The notes beneath the pieces are model-generated. The model worked only from the letters and a program-made list of their open reading frames with translations. It was not told the origin of the DNA and made no database searches. Of a stretch of DNA of 12,494 bases, positions 6,451 through 12,494 are shown piece by piece. The stretch comes from Vulcanimicrobiota bacterium (GTDB taxonomy: Bacteria; Vulcanimicrobiota; Vulcanimicrobiia; Vulcanimicrobiales; Vulcanimicrobiaceae), in contig PKZK01000258.1 in NCBI GenBank assembly GCA_003133025.1, forward strand, positions 554-13,047. Direction: 5' to 3'. How positions within the stretch are numbered: position 1 is the first letter of the stretch; each line of letters begins with the position of its first letter. The position numbers and the translations under genes were made by a program.

Positions 6451-8031
6451 TTACGGGGAAGGCAAGGACGGGTCTGGGAGCGTTCCGGCCTTTTCGGCGC
6501 GACGAAACGCGCGCCAGCGCGCCTCCGCGCCGGGAACGAGATGCGCGTCGTCCGTGAGATACACGGGCCACGCGGCGTCTGCGTTTTGCAACGGAAAGCG
6601 GAGAAGCCATCCGCTTAACTCCACGTTGCGACGCAAACGATTTTTCTCGACCGCGACGAACGCGCGCGCGCCTTTGCGAATCGCGCTCTGCTCGTCGAAC
6701 GGCGTCCACAGAAACGGATCTTCTTCCCAGCCCTTGCGGTCGATGTAGTAGAGCACCGACGGATCGTAGTGGCCCATCACGATGAGGCCCGGTGGAAGGG
6801 TGGCGGCAAGCGTCTTCGCGCGAACGTACGTCACTTTGCTGTAGCGATAGTATTTCGCAACTTCCGAGCGACCGTTGACGAGCGCGACGAGTGCCAGCAC
6901 GGCGAGGCCGGCGAGCCCGACGCGCCGCGGCATCCCGGCTGGTAGCAGCCGACGCGCGCCTTCCACGAATCCGCCGGTCCAAATTGCCGCGAGCGGAACG
7001 ATCGGATAGAGATAATAATCAACGCGCTCCACCGTGACGACGACGTACGCGTACGCGAGTGCGGCTGCGAGCCACGCGAACAAGACGGCGCGCGATCGCG
7101 CGGGTGTGGGGATGAAGATCGTCGCTACGATCGCAACGAAGAACGCGCCGAAACCGATCGGACCGAGCATCGTCGATGCGAGCATCCGGAGCGCGCCCAC
7201 GAACGCGCCGAATTTCGCCGCGAATGCGGCGGGCGAGGTGAGCGCGGCGACGAGCGAGGGCACGACGTGGAGGCGCGTGATACCGCTCGCCCAATGCCAC
7301 TCGGCGATCGCTCGTACGTATGCGTCGTACGCAACGTACGGCCCGATCGCGATCGCTGCGTACACGTATGTCAGCGGAGAACGCAGCGTGCCGCCGAGGC
7401 CGCGCCGCGCGATCCACATCGCGAAGATCGGCACGAGGCCGACGACCGCGACGGGCTTCGCGAGCAACGCGAGCGCGCCGAGGATCGCCGCTATCCAGAA
7501 GCGCCGACTGAAGCGCGGCTCGTCCTCGTCGTAGATCCACACGGCCGCGGCGAAGATGGCGGCGGTCAGGAAGAACGTCATCGTCGTATCGGGCGTGAAC
7601 GTGCGACCGTAGTAGACGCTGCCCGGATAGATCGCGAATGCGATCGCCGCGGTCGCACCGGCGAGTCGCGACGCGAACATCCAACGCGCGAACGCGCCCG
7701 CGACCGCGACCGTACCCAGGCTGAACGCGATCGAGATCAGCCGGCCGAAGACCTCGTGGATGCCGAACGCCTTATACGCGAGCGCCGCGAGAAACGGCAC
7801 GATCTGCAGTTCGAGCTCCACGTAGTTCGGCGGCGGGCCGTCGTAGTCGGTCTGCGGATGGAACGGGTTGAGATCGAGCGTCGCGAAGTTGCGTGCGATC
7901 GCCGCGGTGTCGCCTTGACGCCAACCCGGATGATCGAGCAGCGGCGTGTGGATTCCCTGAAGGCGCAGCAGCAAGCCGACGACACAGCACGCCGCGACCG
8001 CGATCCACCACCACCGGCGGTCGCCGTTCAA
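6451..8031 (-). CDS. GT-C fold membrane glycosyltransferase (ArnT/PMT_2-like), about 526 aa
   Basis: Start taken at TTG 8031 overlapping the gtrA stop (TTGA); TTG 8049 is an alternative. TM1 ends LLLRL, then the loop WRQGDTAAIARNF, followed by FGIHEVFGRLIS, AIYPGSVYYGRTFTPD, ALLAKP, DYYLYPIVP and a soluble C-terminal domain (DPSVLYYIDRKGW). Confidence 0.85.
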   Translation of the reverse strand: MNGDRRWWWIAVAACCVVGLLLRLQGIHTPLLDHPGWRQGDTAAIARNFATLDLNPFHPQTDYDGPPPNYVELELQIVPFLAALAYKAFGIHEVFGRLISIAFSLGTVAVAGAFARWMFASRLAGATAAIAFAIYPGSVYYGRTFTPDTTMTFFLTAAIFAAAVWIYDEDEPRFSRRFWIAAILGALALLAKPVAVVGLVPIFAMWIARRGLGGTLRSPLTYVYAAIAIGPYVAYDAYVRAIAEWHWASGITRLHVVPSLVAALTSPAAFAAKFGAFVGALRMLASTMLGPIGFGAFFVAIVATIFIPTPARSRAVLFAWLAAALAYAYVVVTVERVDYYLYPIVPLAAIWTGGFVEGARRLLPAGMPRRVGLAGLAVLALVALVNGRSEVAKYYRYSKVTYVRAKTLAATLPPGLIVMGHYDPSVLYYIDRKGWEEDPFLWTPFDEQSAIRKGARAFVAVEKNRLRRNVELSGWLLRFPLQNADAAWPVYLTDDAHLVPGAEARWRAFRRAEKAGTLPDPSLPSP

Positions 8032-8462
8032 ACTTTGCGAAACGTCCAATATTTGTTGACGAAGAAGTTGACGACGATGCCCGCGAGCGTGGCCAAGAGC
8101 CACGTGCGGTGACCCGGTCCCAAATGCGGTTTGGCGACCGCGGAGACGGCGAGGCCCACGCCGAGCGCGATCGCCGAGACGGTCAGGAACTGAATGCCCT
8201 GCAGCACGGCGTGCCCCGTCGCGCGGAACGTCCAGATCCGGTTCAGGAAGTAATTCGACACGCCGCCGGCTAGAAACGCGATCGAGTAGATCAGGTTATA
8301 GCGTTGGCGTTGCTCTTCGAGCGTCATGCCGTGCTGCAGCAACGTGAAGATGACCAGGTTGACGAGCAACCCCGAGGCGCCCACGATACCGAACTTGATG
8401 AATTGCCGGACGCCTCGCCGCTGCGCGATGCGCTGCACGAACTGGGGCGCTTCCACCTGCAT
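8028..8462 (-). CDS. GtrA family polyprenyl-phosphate-sugar flippase, 144 aa
   Basis: ATG 8462 overlaps the upstream stop (TGATG). RQFIKFGIVGASGLLVN, SNYFLNRIWTF and NFFVNKYWTF are GtrA hallmarks; four TM helices. It is only the tail of the spurious 902-aa ORF in the track. Confidence 0.92.
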   Translation of the reverse strand: MQVEAPQFVQRIAQRRGVRQFIKFGIVGASGLLVNLVIFTLLQHGMTLEEQRQRYNLIYSIAFLAGGVSNYFLNRIWTFRATGHAVLQGIQFLTVSAIALGVGLAVSAVAKPHLGPGHRTWLLATLAGIVVNFFVNKYWTFRKV

Positions 8463-10024
8463 CAGGCGACCCAGTACCAATCGGCGAAGAGCACGGTGAA
8501 CAGGCCGAGCAGCGGCAGCGAGAAGGCCACGATCGCGTTGTTGACCCACGCCTTGCCGCCCCACAGCGCCAAGATGACGAACATCGGGAAGAGCACGAGC
8601 GCGAAGCGCGGCATGCTCATCAGGCTCGAGGTCGACATGGGCACCGCGATCGACAACGCCATGTAGGCGGTGAACGACGGCCGCAGACGCCTGAAGCCCG
8701 CCAGCAGCACGCCGATCATCAGCGCGGTAAAGCCGAGTTCCAGCAACTGCCCCGCAACCGTCGTGGGCACGTGCGAGGTCACGGCCAGCTTGACGCTGTG
8801 CCAGACGCTGACCCAGGGCGGCGCCAGATGCCGGTTCCAGTGCGCCTGCACGTGCGAGAAGTAGAGCGGATCGCCGCGCATGATCCAGAGCAGCGTCATG
8901 TACACCGCGAGCCCGAGGGGAATGCATAGGGCGCCGGCAACCACCCGCAGCGCGCGGGCCCGGCCGGCCAAGAGCTCCTTCCACGAACCGATGCCTGCGG
9001 GCGCGCACGCTTCGATCGCGTAGGGTACGAAGAGCAGCACGCCTTCGACCCGGGTGAGCGCGGCAAGGCCGCCGAGGATGCCCGCGGCCAGCCACTTGTG
9101 TTCGCGAATGTAGTAGAACGACGCCACCGTCAGCGCGAAGAAGAGCGACTCCGTATAGATCGCCGAGAAGAAGAACGCCGTGGGGAAGATCGAGATATAG
9201 AAGATCGCGCGATGCGCGACCGCGCGAGTGTATTGATGTTCGACCAATTTGTAGAAGAAGAGCAAGCCGAAGAAGAGCGCCGCGTTGGAGATCAGCAATC
9301 CGGCCACGACTTGGTTGCCGATCCAGCCGCCCACGACGTGGATCAAGGCGGGGTAGAGCGGAAAGAAGGCCATGTCGGTTCCGTAGTAGCCGCGCCGTGC
9401 AATGTCGAGATAGTGCACCGCGTCCCAGCGACCCCACACGGCCAGCAACGGATTGCTCGACGCGGCCACGTGCTGTCCGGGCCGTTGTCCGATCATCGCC
9501 GCAGCCAGTTCGGCGATCACGATGATCGCGACGCGCGTGGCCGTGAAGGTCAGCAGCACGTCGCGCACCGTGGGCACGACCCGCGCCGCGATCAAGAGTT
9601 TGGTCAGCGCCCACAGGCCGATGGCCGCGAAGGACGCGCGCGACGGCGTGATCACGTTCACGGGTAGCGCGAAGGCCAACGGATAGACGCCGAGCAGCGC
9701 CCAGGAGAGCGCGTCCCACTGCATCGCGGCGACCTGCTCGACGCCGGCCCGTCGCGCGAAGTACTGCCCGTAGGCATACCAGGTGAGGAAGGCAAGCGCG
9801 ACGCCCGCGACCATCGCCACGACGAACGTCGCATCGACGCCCAGACCCCAACTCAGCCGCGAAACCGCCGAGTACCAGAAGAGAAAACCCATGCTGAGGC
9901 CGCCGAGGGTAACCGCGGCGAGCGCGGGCAGGCCGGCAGAAAGCGCCGTTCCGAGAACGGTCGACCGTGGCTTGCCGCGTCGTTCGTCGAAAGCTGCTTG
10001 GGCTGACATCGCGGTTTCTGGCAT
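8462..10024 (-). CDS. PIG-V/Gpi18-like (GT76) membrane mannosyltransferase family protein, 520 aa
   Basis: WGRWDAVHYLDIARRGY, AFFPLYP, IFPTAFFFSAIYTESLF, LAALTRVEG, GDPLYF..Q.HW.R and SMPRFALVLFP are characteristic of the PIG-V family. Carries an extra hydrophobic N-terminal region. Start is ATG 10024 or ATG 10009. Confidence 0.85.
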   Translation of the reverse strand: MPETAMSAQAAFDERRGKPRSTVLGTALSAGLPALAAVTLGGLSMGFLFWYSAVSRLSWGLGVDATFVVAMVAGVALAFLTWYAYGQYFARRAGVEQVAAMQWDALSWALLGVYPLAFALPVNVITPSRASFAAIGLWALTKLLIAARVVPTVRDVLLTFTATRVAIIVIAELAAAMIGQRPGQHVAASSNPLLAVWGRWDAVHYLDIARRGYYGTDMAFFPLYPALIHVVGGWIGNQVVAGLLISNAALFFGLLFFYKLVEHQYTRAVAHRAIFYISIFPTAFFFSAIYTESLFFALTVASFYYIREHKWLAAGILGGLAALTRVEGVLLFVPYAIEACAPAGIGSWKELLAGRARALRVVAGALCIPLGLAVYMTLLWIMRGDPLYFSHVQAHWNRHLAPPWVSVWHSVKLAVTSHVPTTVAGQLLELGFTALMIGVLLAGFRRLRPSFTAYMALSIAVPMSTSSLMSMPRFALVLFPMFVILALWGGKAWVNNAIVAFSLPLLGLFTVLFADWYWVA

Positions 10025-10130
10025 TCTCCCCCAACGGGGCCTGACCCCCGGCCAAACGAAACGTCGCCGGGCGGGGATTCGTGACCGCTCTGATTGCCAC
10101 GCGCGCCGCCCGGCCTGTGTTTGGAGGAAT

Positions 10131-11540
10131 GTGAAGACGCATCGTTACGACCTGGTCGTCGTTGGAGCCGGGTCGGGCGGTTACGCCGCGGCCCGGACGG
10201 CTCGGGATCTGGGCGCCAACGTCGCGCTCGTGGACCACGGTCCGCTGGGCGGACTCTGCATCCTCAAGGGCTGCATGCCGTCCAAGACGCTGCTGGCCAC
10301 GAGCGATCTGCTCCAAGCGATTCGCGAGGGCGGCGAGTTGGCCGTCGAGTCGGGCACGCCGCGCGTCGACGTCGCCAAACTGCAAGCGCGCAAGCGCGAG
10401 GTGATCCAAGGCTTCGCCGACTACCGCATCGAGGGCATCAACGCGTTTCCGCTCTACGAAGGCGCCGCGCATTTCCTCGCGCCCGATCGCCTCGCGGTCG
10501 GCGACGAGACCGTGCTCGAGGCCACGTCGTTCGTGATCGGCACGGGCAGCGTGGTCGCGCCGGCGGCTCTGCCCGGACTCGCCGAAGCCGGATACATCGA
10601 CTCCGATGCGGCGCTCGATCTCGAAAAGCTGCCGGGCTCCATGATCGTGCTCGGCGGCGGTTACGTCGCAAGCGAACTCGGCCAGTACTTCTCGCGGCTC
10701 GGCGTCGAGACCACGATCCTGATTCGCGCGCGCCACTTACTGTCGAGCGAAGACGACGACGTGGGCGACGCGTTGACGCGCTACTTCCGCGACGAGGGCA
10801 TCGACGTGCGCGGCGGCGCGCAGATCACCCACGTCGAGGTGCGCGAGGGCAAGAAGGTCGTGCACTATCAACGCGCGGGCGTGCCGGGCAGCGTCGAGGC
10901 CGACGAGATCTTTTATGCGCTCGGGCGCGTGCCCAACGTCTGCGATATGGGACTGGACGAGGCCGGCGTGCGCCACCACGCCATCACCGGCATCGAGGTA
11001 GGCCCCGACATGCGCACCTCGGCGCCGAACATCTACGCGGTCGGCGACGTGACCGGCCAGTTCCCGCTCGTGCACGTGGCCATCTACCAGGGTGAGATCG
11101 CCGCGCGCAACGCGATCCTGGGCACGAGCGAAACCGCCGACTACTCGCTGCAGAGCACGCACACGATCTTCACCGACCCGCAGGTCGCGGTCACGGGCGC
11201 CACCGAGAAGGAACTGCTTCGCGCCGGCACGCCGTACGTCTCGGGTCAGTATCTCTTCAGCGATCACGGCAAAGCGATCTCGATCAATCGCACCAAGGGC
11301 TTCGTGAAGATGCTGGCCGATCCGGTCGACGGTCGCATCCTCGGCGCCGCGATCGTGGGGCCGGAAGCCTCGGACCTCATTCACGAGGTGGTCGTGGCGA
11401 TGTACTATCGCGGCACCGTGCACGACTTCGTGAAGATCCCGCACCTGCATCCGACTTTGGCCGAGATTTGGACGTACCCCGCCGAAGAAGCGATCGAGCA
11501 GATCAAGCAAAACGCGCCGCTCACGCCGGCGATCACGTGA
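10131..11540 (+). CDS. Class I pyridine nucleotide-disulfide oxidoreductase (Lpd/MerA-like), about 469 aa
   Basis: GTG 10131 follows GGAGG (10123-10127). FAD motif VVVGAGSGG, redox disulfide GGLCILKGCMPSK, NAD(P) motif VLGGGYVASE, IYAVGD, and C-terminal HPTLAE. The ORF-track extension from 9783 overlaps the divergent gene and is rejected. Confidence 0.9.
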   Translation: MKTHRYDLVVVGAGSGGYAAARTARDLGANVALVDHGPLGGLCILKGCMPSKTLLATSDLLQAIREGGELAVESGTPRVDVAKLQARKREVIQGFADYRIEGINAFPLYEGAAHFLAPDRLAVGDETVLEATSFVIGTGSVVAPAALPGLAEAGYIDSDAALDLEKLPGSMIVLGGGYVASELGQYFSRLGVETTILIRARHLLSSEDDDVGDALTRYFRDEGIDVRGGAQITHVEVREGKKVVHYQRAGVPGSVEADEIFYALGRVPNVCDMGLDEAGVRHHAITGIEVGPDMRTSAPNIYAVGDVTGQFPLVHVAIYQGEIAARNAILGTSETADYSLQSTHTIFTDPQVAVTGATEKELLRAGTPYVSGQYLFSDHGKAISINRTKGFVKMLADPVDGRILGAAIVGPEASDLIHEVVVAMYYRGTVHDFVKIPHLHPTLAEIWTYPAEEAIEQIKQNAPLTPAIT

Positions 11541-12421
11541 AGCTCGCCATCGTGCAGGTCAAGCCGCGCAAGGGCGAGTTCGAAGCGAACCTGGCCGCGC
11601 TGGGCGAGACCTTCGCGCAACTCGCAGCGGAGGAGCGGCCCTACGATCTGATCGTCTTGCCCGAGGCCGCGCTGACCGGGTACTTTCTCGAGGGCGCGGT
11701 CTACGAGTTGGCGTTGTCGGCCGAGGCACTAGCGCAGCGGTTGGGCGAGACCTGGCGGGCCAACGCCGGCGCGGATCGGGCGCCCGTCGACATCGTCGCC
11801 GGCTTTTACGAGAACGCCGAGGGAACGTACTACAATTCGGCGCTCTACCTGCACGTCGACGGGCGCGCGCAGCACATCCTGCACGTGCATCGCAAGCTCT
11901 TCTTGCCGACGTACGGCGTCTTCGACGAAGAGCGCTTTCTCTCGCGCGGCCGCCGGGTCGACGCCTTCGAGACGCGCTTCGGCAAGATGTCGCTGCTGGT
12001 CTGCGAGGACGTCTGGCACGCGATCGTGCCCACCATCGCCGCGCTCAAGGGCGCGCGCGCGCTGATCGTGCCCAGCGCTTCGCCCGCGCGCGGGCTCGAC
12101 GGCGACGGCGAACTCGAGAGCGTGCGCCGCTGGGAAGAACTGCTGCGCGCCTACGCCTCGGAGCACGGCGTCTACATTTTCTATGCGGGTCTGGCCGGTT
12201 TCGAAGGCGGCAAGGGCATGACGGGGTCGTCGCGCATCGTCGGTCCGCGCGGCGAGACGCTGGCCGCGGCGCCCGCGCTCGGCGCGTGCGTGCTACGCGG
12301 CGACATCGACTTCGGCGAGGTCGACATCGCACGGGCTAACCTGCCGCTGCTGGGCGATCTCAACGCCGTGTTGCCGGACCTGTTATTCGACGAAGCGCTG
12401 CGCGCCGGACGCGGTCAATGA
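11537..12421 (+). CDS. Nitrilase-superfamily amidohydrolase resembling the glutaminase domain of glutamine-dependent NAD+ synthetase, about 294 aa
   Basis: GTG 11537 overlaps the upstream stop (GTGA). Glu-Lys-Cys triad in LPEAALTGY, HRKLFLPTYGVFDEERF and VCEDVW, plus PSASP. The LPxYxVFDExR, CEDxW and SASP motifs are typical of NadE glutaminase domains. Confidence 0.88.
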   Translation: MKLAIVQVKPRKGEFEANLAALGETFAQLAAEERPYDLIVLPEAALTGYFLEGAVYELALSAEALAQRLGETWRANAGADRAPVDIVAGFYENAEGTYYNSALYLHVDGRAQHILHVHRKLFLPTYGVFDEERFLSRGRRVDAFETRFGKMSLLVCEDVWHAIVPTIAALKGARALIVPSASPARGLDGDGELESVRRWEELLRAYASEHGVYIFYAGLAGFEGGKGMTGSSRIVGPRGETLAAAPALGACVLRGDIDFGEVDIARANLPLLGDLNAVLPDLLFDEALRAGRGQ

Positions 12422-12494
12422 CCGGCACCGAACGGGGCACGCTGCCCGTCATCGACGTCGTTCGCTACGAGCCCTCACTCGAGATCGATTGCGG
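12418..12494 (+). CDS. 5' end of the next coupled CDS, possibly NAD+ synthetase
   Basis: ATG 12418 overlaps the nitrilase stop (ATGA). Frame is open to the window end: MTGTERGTLPVIDVVRYEPSLEIDC. Identity is inferred only from context; no diagnostic motif is visible. Confidence 0.55.
   Translation, partial: MTGTERGTLPVIDVVRYEPSLEIDC

Noticed and set aside
9783..10130. N-terminal extension of the oxidoreductase, considered as a possible NmerA or lipoyl domain
   Set aside because: Overlaps the divergent gene, has no CxxC metal-binding or lipoyl motif, and GGAGG plus GTG at 10131 fits the family start.
8028..10736. 902-aa ORF on the - strand
   Set aside because: Only the last 144 codons (GtrA) are protein-like. 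The rest is an Arg/Gly-rich off-frame read of the PIG-V-like gene and the antisense of the oxidoreductase, typical of stop-poor GC-rich DNA.
10131..11540. Calling the gene merA, lpdA or sthA
   Set aside because: No C-terminal Cys pair (MerA), no acidic NAD-specificity residue or dehydrogenase-complex context (Lpd), and both redox Cys plus HPT are retained (unlike SthA).

Overview
GC-rich bacterial chromosomal window, densely coding, with no rRNA, tRNA, CRISPR array or mobile element that I can recognise. Gene style suggests a Terrabacteria lineage such as Ca. Eremiobacterota, but that is only a guess. From left to right: tail of an unidentified CDS; a secreted copper-amine-oxidase-N-terminal (stalk) domain protein; a PduO-type cobalamin adenosyltransferase (-); a + strand run of archaeal/eukaryote-type proS, a coupled secreted hypothetical protein, an M16 peptidase, an Amj-family lipid II flippase and a TPR-like lipoprotein; a convergent - strand envelope glycosylation operon (PIG-V/GT76-like mannosyltransferase, GtrA flippase, ArnT/PMT-like GT-C glycosyltransferase); then a divergent + operon of a class I flavoprotein disulfide reductase, a stand-alone NAD-synthetase-type glutaminase and the start of a probable nadE. 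The most intriguing element is a candidate 75-aa secreted micro-protein gene (6318..6091, -). It has its own sigma70-like promoter and SD, lies just downstream of the GT-C operon, carries two tandem N-X-S sequons after its signal peptide, and overlaps the lipoprotein gene antisense. A recurrent sigmaH-like (A/G)GG-N17/18-(G/C)AAN motif precedes several genes. All product calls come from motif recognition; no database search was run.
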